From: Bacteroidota bacterium
Lineage (GTDB): Bacteria; Bacteroidota; Bacteroidia; B-17B0; Aurantibacillaceae
Assembly (NCBI GenBank): GCA_036845295.1
Contig: DAIUED010000001.1
Span: 1 to 53,456 of the forward strand
Direction of reading: 5' to 3'
Length of the DNA: 53,456 nt
This document shows, one piece after another, positions 19,036 through 27,261 of the stretch. A program made the translations under genes and the position numbers. Every line of letters begins with the position of its first letter. Positions within the stretch are counted from its first letter, which is position 1. The notes beneath the pieces were generated by a model. It was not told where the DNA came from, made no database searches, and saw only the letters and a list, made by a program, of their open reading frames with translations.

Positions 19036-19227
19036 ATGGGGAAAAATCCTTTCAAGAAAAATCCAGCGGATGCGTATATGATCAATATGAACGAATCTTG
19101 GGAAATTATTTACTGGTGCAAAAAATTCAATTGTACACGCGAGCAACTAACCAAAGCGGTACAAACCGTAGGAATAGATCCTGAAAAAGTAAGGAACTAC
19201 TTTATCAATCTCTTTCGCTATAATTAG
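19036..19227 (+). CDS. DUF3606-like small protein
   Basis: The 63-aa protein has a pattern (I.MNE.WEI.YW.KKF.CT.EQL..AV..VG.D) that matches my memory of DUF3606. Confidence 0.55.
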   Translation: MGKNPFKKNPADAYMINMNESWEIIYWCKKFNCTREQLTKAVQTVGIDPEKVRNYFINLFRYN

Positions 19228-19246
19228 CATTTAAGGCAACTGCATA

Positions 19247-19423
19247 TCACCGGTGGATGGTATCCGCAAGGTGTGCGGTAGCCGTGTCCACTGCTACTTT
19301 GGTATGATCTTTAGGGTCTTCGGCTGTTACAGCAGGTATTTGGTGATGATTGGCTTCGAAACGGTTGCAGGCGCCGTTCAACATGACTAGCAAGAACAAG
19401 GTAAGTGGAATAAGGTGTTTCAT
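19247..19423 (-). CDS. Untracked 58-aa putative lipoprotein, His-rich mature part
   Basis: My manual translation is MKHLIPLTLFLLVMLNGACNRFEANHHQIPAVTAEDPKDHTKVAVDTATAHLADTIHR*. It has a signal peptide with a lipobox-like LNGAC and lies 27 nt downstream of the HTTM gene on the same strand. It falls below the ORF-track length cut-off. Confidence 0.4.
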   Translation of the reverse strand: MKHLIPLTLFLLVMLNGACNRFEANHHQIPAVTAEDPKDHTKVAVDTATAHLADTIHR

Positions 19424-19450
19424 GAGGACGATTTTTCAAAGCCTGTGCCA

Positions 19451-20914
19451 TTACTCACCGCACTGCCATAGCATTACTTTTTCAGGCCTGGAATAATGGT
19501 AATCCGGCTGTGTGAGTTCACTCATATAATAGATACGCAGTTCGCGAAGAGGTGCGTCGCGATGGGCCTCGTTCCAGATGCGTTTGTAGTAAGTACAAAA
19601 ATACCCGCGTGCATATTCGTTGTAGGATAGAATAAAGTTTTCGGAGTACTTTCGCCAGCGATCGTTTTTGAACATCGATACTACACTAGCCGGCTTCCGG
19701 TAATCCACCGGTTCACCGGGCCTTAATACATTCACCACTCCCCCTTGTGCTGTGATCCCTTCCAATACATACCATCCGTCGTCTTTAAACACCCCAGGGG
19801 CAAACATTCCCCAGTTCTGGTCGAGACGTAAGCCATAACCGATGAACCGCAGCCGATCGGATAGTTTACTGGTAACTATGGAAATATTACTGAAATTCCA
19901 GTCGAACACGAATACGGTAAGAAAAATCAATGAGGCTGTGCGAACCCTATCCCATGCTGGGGACAGCTGGTAGGATGGCTGTTTCCATGGCAAAAAGGGC
20001 AACAGGAATGTAGCATATCCGCGAAACGACTCCGACACGCGCTGTTTCAAACCCCGGAAGCGCTGCTCGAGTGTATCCATCGCAGACGAAGGAAGAAGGC
20101 CCGTCACCGTAACGCACCCTATCAGCGGGAACAAGCCTATCATAAGATTGAAACTATTGAAAAGGTGAAATATCAGAATAAGCACGACACCAATGCTACG
20201 AAAGCGTTGGTGGGCGAAGGGAATAAACAATAACAAAGGCACGAGCAACTCGAAATAATACGCCAGGAATGTCATGCCACGCAAAAGATCGGGATAATAG
20301 TAGAACAACCGCGTGACGGGATAAGCGATCTGATCGAGGCTATACGCATAATACAACGCGGTAAAATCAGTATGCCATTCAGGCCCTTTCAGCAAGGCTG
20401 AACCCGAATAGATATAACAGATTTGAAGAAGGTAAGCAATGGTAGCTACCGTAAGGATAGCCGGAGGCAACCCCGCTGATGGCCGTTTGTCGAGAAGCCT
20501 GTCGCAGGAATAGCGTGCTCCCCAGGGAATAAACATGGCCCAGAATAACACCATGCGCAACAAATCGTCGCCGCCTTGAAGTATCAGTGTATTACGGTTG
20601 TGCAACGACAAAAGCATCACCCAACTGATGACCGTAAAGAGCCGGGTCCGGTAGCCAATCAACAACATTGCGGCACTAAACCACGCAAAAATGAAGAGTA
20701 AAAGCTGTACCTGCCATAAACCGCTTATTGCATGAAACGAAATGAAATAATCGTTCCACATGTGCTCAAATAGCATGGTAAGCGGCACAGCACCGCTATT
20801 GGAATAAAATGCTTCCAGGTCGGAGACCCGAATAGCCAGATCCAACATGAGGATGGCCGCCAGCCCCATGCGCATCACTGCCAGGGCTCTTAAATCGCAA
20901 AACAGATATTTCAT
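19451..20914 (-). CDS. HTTM-domain membrane protein (vitamin-K-dependent gamma-carboxylase / SdpB-like)
   Basis: It has an N-terminal polytopic HTTM-like region (LAVMRMGLA..L.D...R..DLEAFYS..G..P, GYRTRL, H.RN..I..GGD.L) and a C-terminal region containing QNWGMFAP. Confidence 0.7.
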   Translation of the reverse strand: MKYLFCDLRALAVMRMGLAAILMLDLAIRVSDLEAFYSNSGAVPLTMLFEHMWNDYFISFHAISGLWQVQLLLFIFAWFSAAMLLIGYRTRLFTVISWVMLLSLHNRNTLILQGGDDLLRMVLFWAMFIPWGARYSCDRLLDKRPSAGLPPAILTVATIAYLLQICYIYSGSALLKGPEWHTDFTALYYAYSLDQIAYPVTRLFYYYPDLLRGMTFLAYYFELLVPLLLFIPFAHQRFRSIGVVLILIFHLFNSFNLMIGLFPLIGCVTVTGLLPSSAMDTLEQRFRGLKQRVSESFRGYATFLLPFLPWKQPSYQLSPAWDRVRTASLIFLTVFVFDWNFSNISIVTSKLSDRLRFIGYGLRLDQNWGMFAPGVFKDDGWYVLEGITAQGGVVNVLRPGEPVDYRKPASVVSMFKNDRWRKYSENFILSYNEYARGYFCTYYKRIWNEAHRDAPLRELRIYYMSELTQPDYHYSRPEKVMLWQCGE

Positions 20915-20934
20915 GATGGATAAAGCACATCTGA

Positions 20935-21447
20935 CTACATCGTCGTGTTTCCGGTTTTCCCGGTGCTTGTGGTAGAAGATGTACTGCCTGTACTCTGGGT
21001 TGTTGAGGTCATAAACGTGGTGCTGGTGTTCGCCGTCAGATTAGTCGTGCTGGTTGTACCCGTGGTATTATTAGGTGTGGATGGCGGCAAATTGCCGTTG
21101 GTCGTGTTGGTGGACCAGGTGGTGTTGGTTGTTGATGTAGTACCTGTTGTGTTATTAGGGGATGACGGCGGCAAATTGCCGTTGGTGGTATTGTAGGTAC
21201 CTGTTGTGCTTCCGGGCACGTTTCCATTGGTAGTAGCTGTAGTGCCGGTATTGTTGGTGGTGCCGTTGGAATAAGTTGTTTCCGTCATGGCAGTTGTCCG
21301 GGTAGAACTTGTAGTGGGATCGTAGGTAGTGGATGTCGTCGTTTGCTTATCGGCAAGAATGGGTTTTGTGTTGCAAACACGTCCAAACGAGAGCAACGCC
21401 GCCGAAACAAGCAGACATGTTGCAATAAAAAGTTGATTCGCTTTCAT
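20935..21447 (-). CDS. Secreted Thr/Ser/Asn-rich low-complexity repeat protein
   Basis: I trimmed the start to MKANQLFIATCLLVSAALLSF, a signal peptide. The rest is more than 60% T/S/N by eye, with two copies of NGNLPPS(S/T)PNNTTGTTSTTN. Confidence 0.55.
   Translation of the reverse strand: MKANQLFIATCLLVSAALLSFGRVCNTKPILADKQTTTSTTYDPTTSSTRTTAMTETTYSNGTTNNTGTTATTNGNVPGSTTGTYNTTNGNLPPSSPNNTTGTTSTTNTTWSTNTTNGNLPPSTPNNTTGTTSTTNLTANTSTTFMTSTTQSTGSTSSTTSTGKTGNTTM
21068..21208. repeat. Imperfect tandem repeat, 84-bp period, about 1.7 copies, inside the T-rich gene
   Basis: ttattagg...ggcggcaaattgccgttggt recurs at 21068/21083 and 21152/21167. The second copy is shorter by about 27 nt. Confidence 0.65.
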
Positions 21448-21564
21448 AATATCAGGATTTATAACAGGTGCTTCCAATGCCATGCCAGCGCAATACCGGA
21501 TCAACGCACAGGACTACAGGCATTAAAATTGTTTAGCTCTTGTTATCTCTTAAAAAAATACATC

Positions 21565-21873
21565 ATGGCAAAATATTCCAAAAAAGCCCAGGAAAAGGTT
21601 GAGAAAACCATGCACGAACGCAAAAAAGGCACATTGAAAAGTGGTTCTGGAAAAAAAGTAACCAGCAGGAAACAGGCAATTGCTATTGGCTTATCGGAAG
21701 CCAGGGAAGAAGGCGCTAAAGTACCTGCAAAAAAATCGGCATCTAAAAAAACCGGAACTAAAAAAACAGCTGCCAAAAAGGCGGCCAAGAAAAAAAGTGC
21801 GGCCAAGAAAGCCCCGTCCAAAAAAGCCGGTAGCCGTAAAAAGAGTGCAAAAAAAACAAGCAGCAAGAAATAG
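21565..21873 (+). CDS. DUF6496-like small protein with Lys/Ala-rich C-terminal tail
   Basis: I placed the start at the internal ATG (MAKYSKKAQEKVEKTMHE.KKG.LKSGSG.KVTSRKQAIAIGLSEAR), which matches my memory of DUF6496. The tail is AKKKSAAKK-type. Confidence 0.6.
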   Translation: MAKYSKKAQEKVEKTMHERKKGTLKSGSGKKVTSRKQAIAIGLSEAREEGAKVPAKKSASKKTGTKKTAAKKAAKKKSAAKKAPSKKAGSRKKSAKKTSSKK

Positions 21874-21940
21874 AAAACCCTGCACTTTCAAAAAAAAGGC
21901 ATCACGCGCTACTTCCGTGACTTATTTCTCGAATCCGCGG

Positions 21941-22720
21941 CTAAGACTCCCGGATGGCGACGGCATTGAATACCCAGCTATAGATCACGAAAGAAAAGAT
22001 ATAAGCCGTGGCGAAGCTATTGACGACTTCGCCACCCGACAGGAAAACAAACATAGCCGCAAGACCGAGAGCGACCATCGTGATGGTGTACAAAACGAAC
22101 AGTTTACGGATGCGCGTGCCGTGAGGGAGCCGAAAGACCGATCCCAGGGGAATGCACATTGTAAGACAGAAAAAGCCGCTCATCAGGAATAAGTCTTTGT
22201 CTGTTGCAAGGTAAACAAGGCCACTAATAAGCGATAATAGAAGGCTGGTACCAAGCCAATTGGATTGTCTGACTTCTTCCGGGCTTAGCGCAAATTTGCC
22301 GTAGTTATTGAGCCTCAGCAACAGATTGGAAATAGGGTCAATGATCCAGGTGGTGAGGGCAAAAAAGAAATAAAGCACGATAAGCGGGATGGTGATGAAC
22401 GAGACTCCGGGAAAAGTGTGATTGATGCGTATTAGCAGCCGTGAGCCGACATAAAATCCAAGAAGAATCACCCATTGCATGGTGCCGCTCTTGCTTTGCA
22501 TCCACACACTGTAATTCCAGAATATCCGATAAAACCAATAACGCGCTTTCAAAGCAAGCAACATGCCTTGCTTAGCAGTTTTGTTATAAGGCATACAGAT
22601 CAACGCCTCTTTGAAATGCTCAAGGGCCTGGCGGTTGTCGCCGCTCTGCAGGGAGGCAAACCCCAATGCCGTTTCTTCTTCCGACCGCTCGAGATCAAAG
22701 ACATAATGTTCTTCTTCCAT
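21941..22720 (-). CDS. Polytopic membrane protein with short soluble N-terminal (TPR-like) segment, function unknown
   Basis: The 259-aa protein has about 6 hydrophobic helices. It lies 36 nt downstream of tolC on the same strand. Confidence 0.5.
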   Translation of the reverse strand: MEEEHYVFDLERSEEETALGFASLQSGDNRQALEHFKEALICMPYNKTAKQGMLLALKARYWFYRIFWNYSVWMQSKSGTMQWVILLGFYVGSRLLIRINHTFPGVSFITIPLIVLYFFFALTTWIIDPISNLLLRLNNYGKFALSPEEVRQSNWLGTSLLLSLISGLVYLATDKDLFLMSGFFCLTMCIPLGSVFRLPHGTRIRKLFVLYTITMVALGLAAMFVFLSGGEVVNSFATAYIFSFVIYSWVFNAVAIRES

Positions 22721-22756
22721 GCGGCAAATATAGCAAACTATCGCCGTAGCTGTCGT

Positions 22757-24181
22757 TTACTCAGGCCTCCGGTAAAGATCGATCACGCGGCTTTTGAAAA
22801 GGCATTCGTAGCGGGCATTGATGAGTGCGGCAGAAGACTTATCGAAGTTGTTTTTGGCAGCAATGTAATCCACACTGTTGATGGCGCCGTTTTCAAATTT
22901 AGCCGATGCGATGCGAAATGAATTTTCATAGTCATACACTTGTTGCAACAACACCATGTAGCGCTCGTAGGCGTTGCGGTGTTCGTTGATGAGCTGGCTG
23001 AGCAACGAGGTATAACGGATCAGGGTACTTTGCTCCTGAACCTTCGCTTGCCGGTAGGCAATTTCCGACTGCACGTTCTGCGTGCGGGTCCGCAGGCCGT
23101 TGAACAGAGGTATTTGTAAGCTCAGGCCGATGTAGCTGTTGAAGTTATTCCTGACCTGATCGTTGAAACCGATCCTGGTACTCCGGTAACTATTGCGCGT
23201 TTCATAGACGGGAAGTAGCGTCCCGGCGGCGTTGACATAGGCACCAGTGGGCTCTTCGGTAAAGCCGACCGCTTGTTGCGACAAGGCGGCGCTGGAATAG
23301 TTGGATGCAAGGGCACCGTTCAGACTAACGCTGGGAAAGAGCGCCCCGCGAGATACACGCCACTTTTTCAAGGCACTGCTGCTGCGAAGTATGGTGGCAC
23401 GAACGGCTGGCAAAGCGTCCGCAAGCGTCCCCGCAGCGAGATCATCTTCACGCGCACGAAGATCAAATTGAAATTCTGTTTTTTCGAAACGGGCATCTTC
23501 AGGTATAAGCACATTCAGCAACTGACTCATGGCCAATTTGGCATTAACGAGCGCTCCCCGCGCCTGAATAAGGCTGAGCTTATCGTTCGACAGCTGCGCG
23601 CGGGTATCGTATAGCAGTGAGGGACTTACGGCTTCATGGGCCTGCAATACCTGCAACCGATCGAGTTGTGCCTGGCTGGCTGCCATTTGCGAAAGGGCCT
23701 GGTTCATCAGTTCTTCGCAACTGAGGATTTGCAAATAAGCCTGGGTTACCTGGATGCTGACATCCATCCTGGCCTGCGCCAGCTCCATCTTACCGGCCTC
23801 GCAGGCAAGGGCATTCTGGCGGATGGCCTGCAGGGTACTAAAGCCGCTAAACAATACCAGGTTTGCATTGAGGCCGTACTGCCCTGTGCCCACTTCCTGG
23901 TTGATAAAGGCATTGGTGTAAGGATTGATGCTTTTTCCGGTGCTGATTCCCTGGTTGGCGTAACCCGAGAGTGAAGGTAGAAGTGAAGCCTCCGACTGCC
24001 GGAGCGCCGCTGTGTTGTTCTTTACTTGCAGGTTGGCGTTGATCAGCGTTTGATTTTGCTGCATTGCCAGGTCAATGCATTGAGGCAGGCTGTAAGATGC
24101 CGCTTCCTGTGCACAGGCCACTGTTTGCCATGTTACCAGGCACACAGAAATTATGAAGTGTTTAATGTTCAATCCTTCCAT
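22757..24181 (-). CDS. TolC-family outer-membrane efflux protein
   Basis: It has a signal peptide, two-fold repeated coiled-coil/beta-barrel architecture and typical TolC heptad-rich sequence. There is a 20-nt overlap with the upstream ATPase gene. Confidence 0.85.
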   Translation of the reverse strand: MEGLNIKHFIISVCLVTWQTVACAQEAASYSLPQCIDLAMQQNQTLINANLQVKNNTAALRQSEASLLPSLSGYANQGISTGKSINPYTNAFINQEVGTGQYGLNANLVLFSGFSTLQAIRQNALACEAGKMELAQARMDVSIQVTQAYLQILSCEELMNQALSQMAASQAQLDRLQVLQAHEAVSPSLLYDTRAQLSNDKLSLIQARGALVNAKLAMSQLLNVLIPEDARFEKTEFQFDLRAREDDLAAGTLADALPAVRATILRSSSALKKWRVSRGALFPSVSLNGALASNYSSAALSQQAVGFTEEPTGAYVNAAGTLLPVYETRNSYRSTRIGFNDQVRNNFNSYIGLSLQIPLFNGLRTRTQNVQSEIAYRQAKVQEQSTLIRYTSLLSQLINEHRNAYERYMVLLQQVYDYENSFRIASAKFENGAINSVDYIAAKNNFDKSSAALINARYECLFKSRVIDLYRRPE

Positions 24182-24824
24182 CTTCTAAGTGAATAATGCG
24201 TGAGCCGTAAGCGGCGTTTTTTTCCGAATGTGTTACCTGGATGATCGTCAGACCTTCCTGGTTAAGTGATTTGAATAGTTCCATGACTTCCAGCCCTTGC
24301 TGGGAGTTAAGGTTACCGGTAGGTTCGTCGGCAAGAAGCAAAGAGGGCCGGGAAACAATGGCCCGCGCAATGCCTACCAATTGTTGCTGACCACCCGACA
24401 GCTGATGCGGAAAAAGGTCTTTCTTCCCAACAATGTGAAAACGGTCGAGCATGTCGCCTACCATTGCTTTCCTTTCCGAAGCAGTGTAGTTTTTATAAAG
24501 AAGCGGCGTTTCTATGTTCTCATACACCGTAAGCTCATCGATGAGATGATAGGCCTGGAATACAAAGCCAATCTGCTCTTTGCACAATGCCGCGCGTTGC
24601 TTCTCTTTCATGCTATCGACTGATTGACCGTTAAAAAGATAGCTGCCTTCGTCAGCCTCATCGAGCATCCCGATGATGTTGAGCAAGGTTGACTTTCCGG
24701 AACCCGAAGGTCCCATGATCGAAATGAATTCACCCGAATGGATATCGAGGTTAATGTCGCGGAGCAGGAATACACGGCTTCCTCCCTGGTTGACATACTT
24801 GTAAAGATGTTGAAGTGTGATCAT
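24162..24824 (-). CDS. ABC transporter ATP-binding protein (MacB/LolD-type), copy 1
   Basis: It has Walker A GPSGSGKST, the signature LSGGQQQ, Walker B LLLADEPT and the H-loop VTHS. Confidence 0.9.
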   Translation of the reverse strand: MITLQHLYKYVNQGGSRVFLLRDINLDIHSGEFISIMGPSGSGKSTLLNIIGMLDEADEGSYLFNGQSVDSMKEKQRAALCKEQIGFVFQAYHLIDELTVYENIETPLLYKNYTASERKAMVGDMLDRFHIVGKKDLFPHQLSGGQQQLVGIARAIVSRPSLLLADEPTGNLNSQQGLEVMELFKSLNQEGLTIIQVTHSEKNAAYGSRIIHLEDGRIEH

Positions 24825-24870
24825 CTGTTATTTGATAAAAAATAGTATTGGTGCAGCTGTTTATAACGTT

Positions 24871-27258
24871 TTACTCGGTTCTGAGATTTGCGGCGGGTTT
24901 GGAAGTAGCCGCTTTTAATGCCTGAAAAGCGACCGTTAGCAAAGCGGTTGCTACGGTGAGAAGCAATGTAGCGACGCCGATACTCCAGCCAATACCGATG
25001 TGAAATGCAAAGTGTTCGAGCCAGCTCGTCATAAGTAACCAGGATAACGGTAGGGCGATGGCGCCAGAAAGCAGCACCTGTAATATAAATCTCCTCGAAA
25101 TGAGAATAAGAATCTGCGCCACAGAAGCACCGAGCACCTTCCGAAGACTGATTTCCTTCAGACGTTGCTCGATCATGTAAGCCGATAAACCAAACAGGCC
25201 AAGACAAGCCAGCAGAATAGCAAGCCCCGAAAACAGGAAGACCATGTCGAGGGCTTGCGACTCGCGGGCATACAACGAACGCAGAAATCCGTCAAGAAAT
25301 ACCTGATCCAGGGCGGCGTGCGGAAGGTGTTTCGAAAAACGGCTACGGACTTCCGCCAATGTGGACGCCTCCTGACCACCACTCATTCGCACCATCAGGT
25401 AAGCACAGTTCTCGGTGGCTGCGTTATGAAAGGCGTAGGCACCAATAGGTTGATGCAGACTTTGGTAATGAAAATCTTCCACTACGCCCACGATTTCATC
25501 GTTTTCCCCGATCAGGCTAACACGTTTTCCGATAGCCTCTTCGGGCGTATAGCCCAGAAAATCGACAGCTGTCCTGTTCAGTATCAACTGGTGACTCTCC
25601 GCGTCCTGGCCAGCAGTTTCTCTGAACGTTTTTCCGGCAAGCAGTTTCAGATCCAGCACAGAAAGCACCTCTTTCGAAGAGCGACAGGTGATGATTTCTT
25701 TGTATCGGGCGGGGTCGTTGGATTTATAAAGCGTCCGCAAACTACCATCTCTGCCCGGATAAGTCTGCGACAGGCAAACGGCACCGATGCCGCTTACCCC
25801 TTTAAGGTCCGTCATCAACCCTTCCATTTGCTTCTCTGTTTCGGCCCCTGATGTATTGAAGCATACCACGCGTTCCGGTTGAAATCCAGGGTTTTTGGAC
25901 TCAATGTATTTCAGCTGCCGGTAGAATACGATGGTGGAAAATATCAGGACGATGGATACCGAAAATTGGATCACCACCAGGCCATAGCGCAATATACCGT
26001 TGAAGCGATCTGCCCGGAAACTGAAACGGAACAAGTCCTTGGGATTGAACGACGACAGGTATAGCGCCGGGTATAAGCCTGAAAACAAGATGATGGCCAG
26101 CAGGCAAAGACTGATCGATCCGGGAGCTACACCCTGAAGCAGCTGTCCGGCTTTGAGCTGAGTATGCGCAAAGGTATTAAAGTACGGCAGGATAAACAGT
26201 AGCAGCAGGATCGAAACCACAAAGGCAATCAACACCATCACCGCCGTTTCGATGTAAAAATGACGAACAAGCTCTGTGCGACCTGCACCCAATGTTTTAC
26301 AGATTCCTACTTCCCGAAAGCGCTTTTGCGACCGGGCAGTGGAGAGGTTCATGTAATTGATCGAGGCGATCAGCAAAATCACAAATACCAGAAGGCTGGC
26401 GATACGGCAACTCTGTCGGCTACCTGTATTATCAACATAAGTATTTTGGATATCTTCCGAACCAAGATGGATGTCGAGTAAGGGTTGAAGCGAAAAACTG
26501 AGCCAGTTGGATCCGGCAGGCTTCTTTTCTTTCGCCACCCGATCGATCTCCTTCTCCACGTTCTTATAGTCAGCGCCTTTCTGTAATAAAAAATAGGTTT
26601 CAAAGCTGGCGTTACTCCATACCAATGGACTATTCATCCAGGCAATGCTGCTGATCGAACCCATCATGTCGGGCCTGAAGGACGATTGTTCGGGTATATT
26701 TCTATAGACGCCTGTAACCAAGCAGTTGACCTGGTTATCAACGACCAGCTCGGATCCGAGAGGATTCTGTGTACCAAAGTATTTTTTAGCAACGTCTTCG
26801 CTGATGATGATGCTATGGGGTTTACTTAGCGAGGTGAGTGCATTTCCACTGATAAAGTCGAGGTCGAATACACGGCTTACCGACGGATCTGTCCAGAATA
26901 CACCAGATTCAATAAAAGCTTTCTCATTTGCGCGGACATTGGCCGGTTCTCCGAAGTTATGCTGTATCATGCGAACATGGGCTTCGATGGAAGGAATTTC
27001 GCTATTGAATGCATCAGCGGCAACATTCGGGGAGCAACCCCACTTTTCGGGCTTATCGCCAAGTGTCGAATGACTGATGAGCCGAACGATGCGATCAGCC
27101 TTAGACTGAAAGGCATCAAAATTCTGTTCATAATCAAGGTACAGAAAGAGAACCATTGCAATCGTAATACCAATAGCAAGCCCGCCAATGTTGATCAGCG
27201 AGAATAACCTGTTCCTGTAAAGGTGCCTGAAGGCGCGTTTTAAATAGCTATGCCACAT
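24871..27258 (-). CDS. Double-FtsX (MacB-type) ABC permease, paralogue 1 (795 aa)
   Basis: The N-terminal motif is LKRAFRHLYRNRLFSLINIGGLAIG. It has two FtsX 4-TM modules, each preceded by a large extracytoplasmic domain, and ends in LRTE. Confidence 0.85.
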   Translation of the reverse strand: MWHSYLKRAFRHLYRNRLFSLINIGGLAIGITIAMVLFLYLDYEQNFDAFQSKADRIVRLISHSTLGDKPEKWGCSPNVAADAFNSEIPSIEAHVRMIQHNFGEPANVRANEKAFIESGVFWTDPSVSRVFDLDFISGNALTSLSKPHSIIISEDVAKKYFGTQNPLGSELVVDNQVNCLVTGVYRNIPEQSSFRPDMMGSISSIAWMNSPLVWSNASFETYFLLQKGADYKNVEKEIDRVAKEKKPAGSNWLSFSLQPLLDIHLGSEDIQNTYVDNTGSRQSCRIASLLVFVILLIASINYMNLSTARSQKRFREVGICKTLGAGRTELVRHFYIETAVMVLIAFVVSILLLLFILPYFNTFAHTQLKAGQLLQGVAPGSISLCLLAIILFSGLYPALYLSSFNPKDLFRFSFRADRFNGILRYGLVVIQFSVSIVLIFSTIVFYRQLKYIESKNPGFQPERVVCFNTSGAETEKQMEGLMTDLKGVSGIGAVCLSQTYPGRDGSLRTLYKSNDPARYKEIITCRSSKEVLSVLDLKLLAGKTFRETAGQDAESHQLILNRTAVDFLGYTPEEAIGKRVSLIGENDEIVGVVEDFHYQSLHQPIGAYAFHNAATENCAYLMVRMSGGQEASTLAEVRSRFSKHLPHAALDQVFLDGFLRSLYARESQALDMVFLFSGLAILLACLGLFGLSAYMIEQRLKEISLRKVLGASVAQILILISRRFILQVLLSGAIALPLSWLLMTSWLEHFAFHIGIGWSIGVATLLLTVATALLTVAFQALKAATSKPAANLRTE

Positions 27259-27261
27259 TAT

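Noticed and set aside
21543-22192. ORFs 21543-21866 (-), 21691-21891 (-) and 21680-22192 (+) overlap the DUF6496-like gene and the downstream membrane protein gene.
   Set aside because: They are alternative-frame or antisense readings of the KA-rich tail. The sequence is low-complexity with no motifs, and they conflict with better-supported ORFs.
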